DNA of 35,024 nt, taken from assembly GCA_037447605.1 (NCBI GenBank), contig JBBHKD010000031.1, forward strand, positions 1 through 35,024. Direction: 5' to 3'. The notes below the pieces were generated by a model. It had not been told where the DNA came from. It did not search any database and was given only the letters and a program-made list of their open reading frames with translations. Both the position numbers and the translations under genes were made by a program. Positions 1 through 10,932 of this stretch are shown here, piece after piece. Position 1 is the stretch's first letter. Each line of letters begins with the position of its first letter. This DNA is from Zygnema circumcarinatum SAG 698-1b (taxonomy: Eukaryota; Plantae; Zygnematophyceae).

Positions 1-25
1 TAGAACGCCTACCTATTCCGACGCA

Positions 26-1541
26 TTGGATGGAGCGGACGCAGCGAAGTGGAGAGTCGCCATAGATAGCGAGCTGAATAATCTTAAGGAGAATGGGACG
101 TGGCGGCTAGAGGAGCTGCCCCCAAGACGAAAGGCAATCGGCTGCAAATGGGTGTTTAAAGTCAAAAGGAAATCAGACGGGAGTGTAGATAGGTTCAAGG
201 CACGGCTAGTGGCGAAAGGTTTCGCACAGAAATTCGGAATCGATTATTCTGAAACCTTTGCACCCGTGGTCAAGTTCAACTCACTGCGCGCATTGATTTC
301 GATCGCGGCGGACGAGGGGATGCACGTCCACCAGCTGGACATCAAAACGGCATTTCTTTATGGAGATCTCGAGGAGGAGATCTACATGCAGCAACCGGAG
401 GGAACGGTTGAACCAGGAGCAGAGCACCTCGTCTGCAGACTTGTCAAGAGCCTGTATGGGCTGAAACAAGCGCCGAGAATTTGGTACCAGAAAATCCACG
501 AATTGCTTATCAAGAATGGCTTCACGCGCTTCAACGCCGACCACTCGGTGTACACGCAAGGGGAGGGAGACGCACAAATGTTCGTAGGTATCTACGTAGA
601 TGACCTCATCATCGTGAGTTCCTCCATGAAGAGCATTCAAGGTCTCAAGGACCTCCTAAAGCAGAATTTTCAGATGTCAGATCTCGGCCTTGCGGAATAC
701 CTCCTCGGCATCCAGCTTAAGAGGGGGAGAGACAGAAGCTTGTTCCTCTGCCAGGAGAAGTACGCCAAGGAGGTCTTGGCAAAGTTCAACATGGACAAAT
801 GTTCACCATGCTCCCTCCCCATGGGCCATTGGCAGCGGGCTCAGCGGGACATGAGCCCGAGGCAGGCGGGCGGGGAGATGGCAGTACTCCAAATGCAGTG
901 CGCCATCGGCGACCTAATGTACCTATGGTGGGAACAGGATACGGCGGTCGATGCGGCTTCGGTACATGGAGAATCGGGAGCTAAGCCATTGGGAAGCGAT
1001 CAAAGAGAATCTTTCGATAATATCTAAAGGGGCGTCCCATTATGGACTACGGTTCGAGAGGGCCTTGGCGGTTAGTGTTGAATACCACGGATCACGGTGG
1101 GGAGAGACCCGAGATGCGGCAAAGTCCGCCGGGATACAGCGTATCACGAGCAGGAGAGTCATCTCGTGGAGTTCAAAATTACAGGATACGGTGGCTCTGT
1201 CGAGTACCGAAGCAGAATACGTGGCCGCATGTCACGCTGCCAGAGAGGCGGTCTGGCTGGCACTATTCTTCGAGGAATGTGGAAGACCACAGATTCCCTT
1301 GCATATCCTGACGGACAACAAATCCTCCATCGCGTTGATCGAGAATCCCGTATTTCATAGGCGAAGCAAACATATTAAGATCCAGCACCACTATACGCGA
1401 GATCTAGTGGAGGCGGGCGAGATCGCGGTGTCTTTTGTGAAGACCAAAGATATGGCCGCAGATATGTTGACCAAGGGGGTCAACGGACCAATCATGTGGA
1501 GGAACATCGTCCTCCTGAATCTCGGTCCCTTTAGAGCCTAG
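26..1541 (+). CDS. pol: Ty1/copia family A pol C-terminus: reverse transcriptase and RNase H, split across frames
   Basis: ORF 26-1027 has KWVFKVK, KARLVAKGF, QLDIKTAFL, SLYGLKQAPR and IYVDD (593-604). ORF 951-1541 has ISWSSKLQDTVALSSTEAEY, TDNKS, HRRSKHI and AADMLTKG. Confidence 0.96.
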
Positions 1542-1546
1542 ACCCC

Positions 1547-1557
1547 AAGAGGGGGAA
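1547..1557 (+). promoter_or_regulatory. Polypurine tract (PPT) of copia A
   Basis: AAGAGGGGGAA just after the RNase H stop and directly before TGTTG. Confidence 0.85.
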
Positions 1558-1870
1558 TGTTGTACGGGACTAGAGGCCGTACAACGTTTGGCGTATAGTC
1601 TCTAGCGGATAATGAACTAGACGCGAACATGAAGCGACAAGGCTGGTCGCGCGACCAATGTGACGCGATAAGTTCTGGGACCGTGACATGACGAAACGGA
1701 GTATCGGCGCGCCCGGGGCGACGCGACGATATGTCGCGCGGACGACACTTTTCGGTCGCACAGACGCAGGCGCGCGCGCGGGCGCGCGAGACGCGAAGTC
1801 CCGGAGATGTACGGACGCGGACGAGAGAGGGCGCGCGAGCCGCTAAGTTCAGGAACTGTACGGGCGCGCG
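1558..1870 (+). repeat. Copia A 3' LTR, partial (cut by N gap)
   Basis: Starts TG immediately after the PPT; no convincing ORF; ends at gap 1871-1880. Confidence 0.8.
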
Positions 1871-2094
1871 NNNNNNNNNNGCCAGAGATCTGGCCGTTTC
1901 GTCCATCCCCGAAAGTAACACTTTCTGAATGGGGATCTGTGGTCAACCCAAATCCATGGGTGAATGCAGAACTAACAAAGTTAGCATCTGCCCCAGTATC
2001 TAGCAGTACAACTGCTGGGTGGCCATTGGCTGACCCGATGAAGGTCATGGCGCGATGGGCAAGGTGGAACATAGATCGCACTATATGCGTAGGT

Positions 2095-2516
2095 TGAGGA
2101 CGAGCCGTCCTCCACACCAAGGTGTAGGGGGATCGAACCAACGAACGGGTGGATCCTTCCACCAACTTGTGCCCTTTCCTCAACTGTTTCACCAACCGCC
2201 AGTTGGCGTTGGGAAAAGTGCGAATTGCCAAGTGCTGAGGAACCAGCACATGCAGCCCAAGGATATGGGATGTGTCCCGCATGACATGCATGGCATTCAT
2301 GGCACAATTCACCAAGATATCATTACCCATGACATTAAGGATAAACACATTCCATTGACCATGCATCACCACATCCATAAACCCAGAAGGAGTCACTACA
2401 GTGGCAGGGGAAAGAGAAATGGAAGAAGGAAGTACATCCAACACAAAGAGATCTTGCACTCCCAAAGGTCTGCCCACCAAGTTAAGAATGTCCGTGGTTC
2501 TAAGAAACAATAGTCT
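2095..2516 (-). CDS. Extra domain between NC and protease, putative Dam-like methyltransferase fold (copy 1)
   Basis: Open and in frame with the protease. DLF at 2445-2453, then GFMD, VFILNVMG (NVMG at 2325-2336), LHVLVP, WRLVKQLRKGH. The fold assignment is pattern-based inference. Confidence 0.5.
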
Positions 2517-2562
2517 TTTATCCTTGATGGCAGCCCCATTCCCTCCCCCTAGCCTAGCATGT

Positions 2563-2606
2563 CCACCAGCAACGACCCCTAAGCTGCTGGTGGGTTGGGG
2601 TTTTCC
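2563..2606 (-). promoter_or_regulatory. Predicted -1 ribosomal frameshift signal (slippery heptamer plus hairpin)
   Basis: Minus strand reads GGAAAAC (2600-2606, G_GAA_AAC in the gag frame), spacer CCCAAC, then stem CCACCAGCAGC / GTTGCTGGTGG around a 9-nt loop. The pol frame is -1 relative to gag. Confidence 0.7.
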
Positions 2607-2811
2607 GGCCCCTTGCCCTTCTTGTCCTTGGTGTTGAGAGGGCAATCCCGGGCTTTGTGCCCCTCCTTGCGGCAGCGGAAACACTTGTTCTCCCGCTGCA
2701 TCTTCTCCATTTCCTCTGGAGTCAACTTCAGAGGCCCTGCAGTGGGTGGGCGGGCAGTCACTTCCGGCTGCTTCCGCTTGTTCTTTCCTGCCATCTTGGC
2801 ANNNNNNNNNN

Positions 2812-3559
2812 CGACGTCATCGATATCACCATCAAATTCGAGCTCTACGATGAGCTGATGCAAATGAAGATGGCCCAGACCGAGGAGTTGACCACATACG
2901 TGATACGCTTTGACGAACTGATGGCGAAATTCGTTATCGCCAGGCAGCCTATCGTCCAGGATCATCAGATTGTGAGCTTCCTCCGAGGTTTGCCGAGCCG
3001 GTTTGCACCAACTATCAACTCCCTGAAAACCCTGCTCGTCAAAAATACGCTTACTCTTGAGGAAGTGATAATGCGAGTGAGAGCGGAGGAGAGCACGATC
3101 AAAGGGACGAAGAGGTCCACCTCGGAGGACGTGATGGCGATCGACCAGCGGAGACCTCAGAAGAACAGTGGAGCGCCGGCACGACTTTGCAACTTTTGCA
3201 AACGCAAAGGTCACCTTGAAGCCGAATGTCGAACCAAGAAGGCTGCCCAGGGCAACGTACCGACCCCGAGCGCACCCAAGAAGGACGGCAAAGGCAAAGG
3301 CAAGGAGATCATCTGCTACAAGTGCGAACAGCCGGGACACATGGCGCGGAACTGCACGGCAGATGTAGCCGCCCAGATGAGCGCGAGTCTGTCGGCTAGT
3401 GAAGCAAAGCACGCAGCATTTGTAAATCAAATTTCAGTTAATGAAATTGACTATTCTGATTATCTGCCGTGGCTTATAGACTCAGGTGCTTCTAAGCACA
3501 TATTAATGCGGCGGCTCAAGTCTCTATTTTCTCTCCACGTCACCCGAATCTTTGGATGA
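2812..3559 (+). CDS. gag: Copia gag C-terminal half with two CCHC knuckles and protease active site
   Basis: FLRGLPSRF; CNFCKRKGHLEAEC (3188-3229); CYKCEQPGHMARNC (3314-3355); WLIDSGAS. Confidence 0.92.
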
Positions 3560-4399
3560 TCACAGCCCGATGTTGTCGGCCCGCGGGAACCCGGATATTT
3601 GTTACACAAGGAGGGAGTAGTCAGTGTCACCATGCGGTGAAAGACGACTTCCCAAATCCAGGTTGACGGCTGCACTGACCCTTAGAAATAACTTCTTTTA
3701 GGTTAGTGGATCTGCGGGGGCGGATATGAGGGATATTTAAAATGAATACACACGCAAAATAGTGCATAGAAAAACCCGAGAAAAATCACGTGTCCCGAGG
3801 ACCCGGCCCGAGGGGAGGGGCTCTGCTACCTAGGCTGACCGGTAAAAGCAGGGAATTGAGTCATCGCGTAATTTGAGGCAACAAAGCGTTAGGGAGTCTC
3901 GGTGGCGGCTTGATGCTTACGCCCGAACTCTCAACTCATGAAGCAGTTCCCGAAACTACTTGGCGAGGATTGACATAGCTGTCCTAGGGAAGCGGTGCGA
4001 CAATGGCGAGTGAGCCGTGCACTCCCGCGGTCGCGGCCGGCGACCATGGGCCAGCCCACAAGGCGGCGGGGCGGCCATTTTTATTGGCGAGGAAGTTCCG
4101 GCGAACTTGCGAAATGAAACCGGCGTCCCGCAAACAAAGTAGTAGCGAGAACACCAGCATGCTATGCAGACGGTACTCTGTATGACGGCAACTAAGTCAG
4201 GGGCTAATTTTAGTGGCGCCCCGCACGCTACGCCGTGGCGTACCATCGGCCGAATATTCGCTGGCCCAGGCGGCCTTAGCGAAATTCTACTCAGGCGAAG
4301 TAAGTCGGCATTCAATAGAGGACTCCGGAAGTCGGCCTGCCTTGACCTCCGATTCAGCCCGGCGTAGCACACCGTCGACTTGGGCACACAATGCGTCTG

Positions 4400-5235
4400 T
4401 GATGCAGAGACCGCTACGACCTGGAGCCTGCGTCGAGGTTTCCCCTCCTAGCGGCTCGAAAAGCGGGGAGAAGTGCGCCCATTGCGGTAGGCCAAGACCC
4501 ATTGTCACCTTCACGACCCGCGGCGGAGACGTTCCGCGCCACGGAGGTTGGGCTTCGTTCTGGCGACATGCAGTGAACCCGATCCTCCACGAGAGGCGAA
4601 GGAAGTTCGGTACTTCGCCATTCCTTATTGACTACTCAAGGAAGATCTGGGTTGCGCTATTGAAGCACAAGAGCGAGGCATTCGATACCTTTTGTACTTG
4701 GCAGACAGAGGTAGAAAGGCAGTCCGGTGAAAGGATTCAAAGACTCCGGACGGATAATGGGGGAGAATATAAATCCCTCCAGTTCTCTGAATATCTTCAG
4801 TCCCTTGGGATCCGACACAAGTTCACGGCCCCGTACAACCCACAGAGCAACGGAGCAGCGGAGAGAGTGAACCGTACCCTCGGCGACATGACGAGGTCGA
4901 TGCTTAGTGAGTCCCCCTTCTCTTTCAATTTTTGGGGAGAAGCCATCCTCACGACGACCTACATTCGGAATCGATGTCCCTCCAGCGCCCTGAAGGATCA
5001 CAGGAAAGTACCGGAGGAGATGTGGAGTGGGAGGAAGCCCACGATTCAGCACTTACGAGTATTCGGCTCGCCATGCTGGATAGCGATTCCAAAGAGCAAG
5101 CAGACGACGAAGTTCAGCCCGAGAGGAGAATTCGGCTACTTCCTTGGCTACAACGCCGACAGTTTGACTTATCGCCTCTGGAATCCGTCCACACAGAGAA
5201 AGGAAGGTCGACAAGTGTCAGCGACCTTACGTTGA
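4400..5235 (+). CDS. pol: Copia integrase core, frameshifted at its 5' end
   Basis: IDYSRKIWV, RTDNGGEY, NGAAERVNRTL, FWGEA, LRVFG, FLGY motifs in ORF 4213-5235. Confidence 0.93.
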
Positions 5236-5299
5236 AACCGCAAGGGAGGCGCGGCCTTGAACTTCGAGTGGGCAGCTCCCGACCATAGAATTTCTCCCA

Positions 5300-5809
5300 G
5301 TGAGGGATATTCTGGGAGGTGAGGATCTGCCCCCACCAGCGTCCTTCCCCTTCGACCCAACGGACCAAAACCCACTTCGGCGCTCGGTGTCGCCGCCACG
5401 TGGAGGAGAGGCCTTTCAGGAGGAAGCGCCCGAATCGGCATTCCCGGAGGAACAGCCCGAAGACAACCTGTCCGATCTTGACAACGATCAGGACATCACT
5501 GAAGATGAAGCGGAGGAGCCTCCTACTGCGCAGGTACAACCCAAATGGGTACCGCGGCATGGGATGGACCCACCCCTGTATGCCAACGCGAAGGGGTTTA
5601 CACCTAACTACGGGACAAAACCACCTTGGAGGCCCAGGAACAAGCCTGTGAAATACGGGGATTTCGGTCCAAGGAACCCATGGACTCAGAGGGGGAAGAG
5701 GCCGAGGGGAAACCCAGAAAAGGTACCCCTTGACTCAGCCGACTTCACAGGAATGGCACTTTGCCTTATGGCACATTTCGAGGAGCCGCCTACCATTCCG
5801 GCGCATTAG
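5300..5809 (+). CDS. Acidic, Pro-rich IN-RT linker of copia pol
   Basis: ORF between integrase and RT, ending in HFEEP-like pre-RT motif. Confidence 0.7.
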   Translation: MRDILGGEDLPPPASFPFDPTDQNPLRRSVSPPRGGEAFQEEAPESAFPEEQPEDNLSDLDNDQDITEDEAEEPPTAQVQPKWVPRHGMDPPLYANAKGFTPNYGTKPPWRPRNKPVKYGDFGPRNPWTQRGKRPRGNPEKVPLDSADFTGMALCLMAHFEEPPTIPAH

Positions 5810-6543
5810 ATGGAAGCGGGCCCTTAGCGAAGTGGAAGTCGCCATAGATAGCGGTGAATAGTCTTAAGAGGAAATAGGACATGGCGGCTAGAGGAGCTGC
5901 CCCCAGGACGCAAGGCAATCGACTGCAAGTGGGTGTTTAAAGTCAAACGGAAATCAGATGGGAGTGTAGATAGGTTCAAGGCACGGCTAGTGGCGAAAGG
6001 TTTCGCACAGAAATTCGGAATCGACTATTCTGAAACCTTTGCACCCGTAGTCAAGTTCAACTCACTGCGCGCATTGATTTCGATCGCGGCGGACGAAGGG
6101 ATGCACGTCCACCAGCTGGACATCAAAACGGCATTTCTTTATGGAGATCTCGAGGAGGAGATCTACATGCAGCAACCGGAGGGAACGGTTGAACCAGGAG
6201 CAGAGCACCTCGTCTGCAGACTTGTCAAGAGCCTATACGGGCTGAAACAAGCGCCGAGAATTTGGTACCAGAAAATCCACGAACTGCTCATCAAGAATGG
6301 CTTCACGCGCTTCAACGCCGACCACTCGGTGTACACGCAAGGGGAGGGAGACGCACAGATGTTCGTAGATATCTACGTAGATGACCTCATCATTGTGAGT
6401 TCCTCCATGAAGAGCATTCAGGGTCTCAAGGACCTTCTAAAGCAGAATTTTCAGATGTCAGATCTCGGCCCTGCGGAATATCTTCTCGGCATCCAGCTTA
6501 AGAGGGGGAGAGACGGAAGCTTGTTCCTCTGCCAGGAGAAGTA
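5810..6543 (+). CDS. pol: Copia A reverse transcriptase, second copy, cut by gap
   Basis: ORF 5933-6568 with KARLVAKGF, LYGLKQ, IYVDD; only scattered substitutions versus copy 1. Confidence 0.95.
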
Positions 6544-6553
6544 NNNNNNNNNN

Positions 6554-7840
6554 GTAGGAAGTATATAGAGAGTAGCATTCCTCAGAGTAAATAACCTCAT
6601 ACCACATGCCAATGGGGGTGTGTAGCGAGCTGAGGCCGAGCCTGTAGTTAAGAAGAGGAGTAGTGCTGCCAGTCTTGGGAAATAGTAAGTGGGGTAGTGC
6701 AAGCTGCATTAAGCAGCCAGGGGCTGCTTGAATCTGTTGTACTTCACCTCCAAAGAAAATCAGAGTTTTATGCCCGGTGGGGCTTTCTCTATCTTGACGT
6801 CTCTTGTCTTGCATCTATCTTGAGCTTTCCTTTCGCGAACAGCTGCTGCGAAGATGTCTACGACTCAAGAGCCGAGTGGAGGCGACTCTGTCGAGGGTGG
6901 TTCCACCATGGAATTTCCAACAGACCACTCGCGGAGTGGGTTCGCTGGCTCGATTGTACGGCAGAATGGTCAGCGGGTGAAGAATGCTAAGGAGGGCTGG
7001 CGAAGCGGCGGAACTGTATGGATGGACAAGAACTAGGTCGGTGCCATCGTAGGTTTACGAGGCGCACTAGCTGGTCGCTAATTCTGAGTGCGCCCACTCA
7101 GCGGAATGCAAGGGCCGGCCGTGACGTGACAATTGTGTCACGTCACATCGCCATGGTTNNNNNNNNNNTGTAATGCTGCTCTGTCGTTGGTTGTTTAGGA
7201 AGAGCAAGTAGAGGCTGAGGCGTAGAGGAGTCCGGCCTTGTGTATGAAGGTCGTGAGAACTAGCTCTCATCATGCTAAGCTTTAGTGAAGAAGTTAGATG
7301 GTGTGTCGCTCATGTGTTGAGGTAGAGGAGGAGTTCAAGGAGGCAGTTAGTGCCTGGCTACTGCAGTTGGGGTGTAGGCTATCTATGAGAATAGGATAGT
7401 GCTCATGTAAGGAGGAGAATCTAGCATAAGGGATTATGTAGATTTCCCAAAGAGCTTGTATTACACTCTTGAAGTTTAAGGAGTTTTATGGCCGTGGGCT
7501 TTCTCCTTATTACTGCATCATTTGTCATGTGAGTAGTCGTGTTGGATTGACGTGGTGGATGAGTGGAGGTGACCATTGTATGGGCGGTGTGTTGCTCCAC
7601 ACGAGGAGATCATTGAAGGAGCGTGGACTTGAGGAGCCGAGACCATGGAGGAGTTGAAGTGTTCTTGTAGGTGTCGCTTTTAGTTTTCCGCTGTGCGCAC
7701 CTGGCAAGGGGTGGATGGAAGGCAGTTAGTGGAGGAAGCGGTATGTGGCCCAAGTGGAAGATGAAGAAAGTTTTGAGCTTCATCCGGGCATGTATTTATC
7801 CCTTCCTTGAAGTCTGCCCTCTGGGCCCCTTGCACCAACA
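6554..7840 (+). repeat. Copia B-type 5' LTR, partial, contains gap 7159-7168
   Basis: Colinear with about 14290-15050 (shared ctagctctcatcatgctaagctttagtgaagaagttag). Ends CCTTGCACCAACA, the same end as 15050, followed by a PBS. Confidence 0.85.
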
Positions 7841-7842
7841 AG

Positions 7843-7854
7843 TGGTATCAGAGC
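7843..7854 (+). promoter_or_regulatory. Primer-binding site, tRNA-iMet type
   Basis: TGGTATCAGAGC two bases after the LTR end CA. Confidence 0.92.
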
Positions 7855-10800
7855 TAACGGTTGAAGTCTTGGAGCATTTAGTGCTTAAGGTTCAGTCTTA
7901 GAGCTTATAGTTGTAATCCGAAAGAGTACCAAGTGAGAGTGAGGGTCTTGGAGCATACTAGAGTGGGGGGTTTCAGTATGAGTTCCAAAGGGAGAGATCC
8001 TTGACTAGAGAAAGAGCTGAAGAGGTAGTTCTTTGGGGGAGCTGAATAGTTGGCTCAAAGGTACTCAAAAGGATAGCTATGGTCAAACTCGGAGTCACGT
8101 TGATGGTTTCGTTTGTAGCAAGCAAGTTGCTGGAATACTCAGTTTTGAGTAGTCACAAGGAGAGGATGCGTTTGGAGTACTAGTCTTGACAGCTCGAGGA
8201 AAAGTGTGCGAAAGAAGGCTAGCCTAACGACATTGATTCTAACGTCGTTTTGAGAGATCCGGCTCAAGGGAGTCAAGGTCTGGCGGCATGGAGGTGCTGC
8301 ATTGAGTAGCACACACTTGAGGTGACCCAACTCAGCGGAGTTGGAGGAGTCAGCGTGAGAGACGCACAAGCAAGGGTGGCCTAACCCTTTGGGAGCTTGT
8401 ATGCTCGGATATGTCGAAGGCGAAGTTGCTTCATCGAAGGATTCGAGGGGAGGACTTACCAGCACTTTGAGAAGTGGAGAAGGCTCCAGTTCCATATCGA
8501 GTTTGCCATGGTATGTGGAGGGGACTGCCCTCCCAAGCACGCTCTTGGGATTAGAGACTAGCTTTGGAGTTAGAGACTAACAAACTGGAATCTTCACATC
8601 GGTTGTGGGAGAGGCTAGGAGAGGTGTAGAGTGGCAAGGAGTGTCACGTAAGGAATTAGTTCATTTCAGATGCGTCTGGGGTGAAGGGGGCCCAAGATCT
8701 AGGATCTAGGGAAGAAAGTTGCCCAGGAATCATTGCTTAAATCCTGACTAGTCTGGTGGACAGATCTAGTGGAATTGATAGTCACTAAAGATGTTAGTGA
8801 AGGACCACTAAGGAGGAGTTCAGGGAATTCCCCGAGGAGTAGTGGAGGAGATCAATTCAGAGGTAGGGAGGTCGCAACTTTCTACAAGGAGTTTACTTCA
8901 CCGAGGAGTAGATGTAGCAAAGGATTAGAGTGGATAGAGTCAAGAGGCATTGACAACCATTCAAGAAGGGGCAAGGCTGAAGTCGGACGAGGAGGATTCC
9001 ATTCCAAGTCGACATTATGCAGTCGGGAGCTTGTGGAGATCATTTTGCTAACAAACTTGTAGGGCTGATTCTTGTGGAGGGATCATTCGGATCCAAGGAG
9101 TTCTCGGCATGGTGGCTCAGTTGTGTCCAGACGTGGACCTGATCTTTGTTCGAAGAGTTTGCTGGGAGTGCACGCTTAGTTTACTCGGGAACAAGGGATA
9201 GAAATTTTCAGAGGAGGAGCCAAGTTGCTGAACTCAAGAGGAGGCAAGAGGAGCTGATGGATCTCGAAGGAGAAGTGGCGTACAGCTGCCTTGGAAGTCA
9301 AGGTGCAGTACTTTTAGACCACTGATTTTTTTTTATTTGAATTTTTCCTTTAAATTTGAAATTATTTTGGAGGCAAGCAGGTAGGAGTTAGATGCAAGTA
9401 GTGGAGACCCTTGTGAAGGGAGAGAGCGGAGTAGCTCGTACTTCTTCGAAAAGAAGAAGGTGCAGCGGTGGACGTTGGCACGACAGCTTGTGGAGCTCGG
9501 CATCAAAGAACTCGGTCACTTAAGCTGGTAGAGCTTGAGGGTGCTTGCAAGGACTAGGATCTTCAGAGGTGCCTAGGTCCGGAAGTCACAAGAGGACAGG
9601 GGCATCGACATGGAGCTGGCGTGGTCGCACTCATGAGGGGATGGCGCTCTGAAACAAGGTACCGCAGCCTTGCACCTTTTGTGTGATAGACTTTTGAGGG
9701 GGAGATTTCGGTTTCCCTCAAAGGAAGAAGATAGTCAGACTCAGGTACATGGTTAGAGGAGGGTGCTTCTAGTGTAGCCCGAAAGACTAATCATGCTTAT
9801 CATTAGCGGAGGAGCAGCAAGACCATAGGCTGGAGATGCTGACTTCAGATGACCTTTCTCCGGAGTGGGAGAAATGAAGAAGAGGCTATGATAGTGGAGG
9901 CTGAGCAGTTTTGAAGCGTTGAAGAGAAGACCTTGAAGATTCGAGGGGCTGCAAGTGATCATGGAGATCAAGTGGCGGCAAGGAGCGCTTGAAGGCACGG
10001 CTGGTGGCAACGGAATCAAGGGGAGAGGCAGAGTGAGGAGGATGTCATCACGATGATGGTGCAGTACACTTCCCTTCTTGGTATTCCTTAGAAAGTCACT
10101 AAGCTGGAGTGAGGTACTTTCAGATGCATAAGAAAGTGCAGAAATTATTTTTTGAGATTTTTGACACGCAATCAAGAAAGCGTCAAGCAGGGTTTTTAGG
10201 ACACTTTGATAGAGGAAGAGGAACATCTAGTTTGCTGGCTCATTGATGGAGTAAGTGAGCAGAATTGAGACCCCAAAGGTGGAGTACAAGAGGAGGGTGC
10301 CAAGATGATGAAGCTAGAGGTGGCTTTGGAGGACCAGTCCTTGTACAAGGAGGCTGTTTAGCTTAAGAGGGGGTAGGTAAGATGTTCAGGTTTGGCCTTG
10401 GCAGATGGTGCTGAGGAGAGCTTGTCCATGAGGGATGAGTTAGTTCATAGTGTGAGGTCCCAGGATCGTGTAGAGGAAGTTGTTGGTGAAGAGGGCGCTT
10501 CATTTGGGTGGAGGTCTACAACAAATGGCGAGAGTACCACGAGGAAGATTCGAAGGACAACTTTGAACGATCTCATGTTTATGAGGGGGTGAGCGGCAAT
10601 GGAGAAGGCGACATTTTGATGTGTGAGTTGGGAGGAGAAGTTGGGACTTCTCAGGTTTACCTTTGGAGAATAACTTTGCAGATGTTGAAGGTTCCAACCA
10701 CATTATTGACAAGGTGTCAATTGCGCTCAAGGAGGATCTGATGTGCAATCGATGCACATGCGGAGGGAAGACCATCGTTGGGAGGAGATGGCCCGGGGGA

Positions 10801-10932
10801 GAGTGCAATGGCTATTGCATTCACGGTGGAATCAATCAAGGGGTTGATGTGCAAGCGGCAAGGTATGCCTAAGTTAGTTGATGCTTGGCTTAGGGTGCCA
10901 TGTTAGTATAGCTTGCAAGGAACTTACGTACC
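7855..10932 (+). pseudogene. Degenerate copia internal region (gag, PR, IN N-terminal remnants; RT/RNase H not recognisable)
   Basis: Many stop codons. An ELWHQRLGHLS-like HHCC remnant can be restored at about 9494-9525 with two indels; possible VHSD and TFxD remnants at about 9620-9690. Followed by a PPT after only about 3.1 kb. Confidence 0.6.

Larger units (their letters stand above)
1881..2801 (-). mobile_element. Gypsy/chromovirus fragment: gag C-terminus, extra domain, aspartic protease
   Basis: Bounded by N gaps. CFRCRKEGHKARDC knuckle at 2642-2683, gag stop at 2579-2581, then the -1 frame carries the extra domain and LLDTGADANFVS (DTG at 1992-2000). Homologous to 25340-25850 and 31704-32450. 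Confidence 0.92.
2812..6543 (+). mobile_element. Ty1/copia family A internal region (gag-PR-IN-RT), between N gaps
   Basis: Copia domain order. RT at about 5810-6543 is nearly identical to about 26-770. Confidence 0.95.

Noticed and set aside
1617-1870. C-terminal part of ORF 1617-2684 and other ORFs running through XXXX
   Set aside because: They read through N gaps into unrelated elements; the fusions (including MTase-like to RT in 24833-25744 and copia-antisense to gag in 2579-3430) are artefacts.
2055-2513. His-rich plus-strand ORFs (also 25211-25651 and 31822-32346) recurring in three copies
   Set aside because: They are antisense shadows of the Val/Met-rich minus-strand domain (GTG/ATG complement to CAC/CAT); starts and ends are not conserved.
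2576-2582. CTTAGGG on the minus strand, resembling the Ty1 +1 frameshift site CUU-AGG-C
   Set aside because: It is not in the gag frame and pol is -1, so the G_GAA_AAC model fits better.
3850-4350. Seemingly long spacer between copia A protease and integrase CxxC, possible extra domain
   Set aside because: Too indel-rich to place the HHCC histidines or read any domain; not supportable without polishing.
26-6543. Tandem RT duplication within a single copia
   Set aside because: The first RT ends in its own PPT/LTR and gaps separate the copies; these are two family members or an assembly duplicate.
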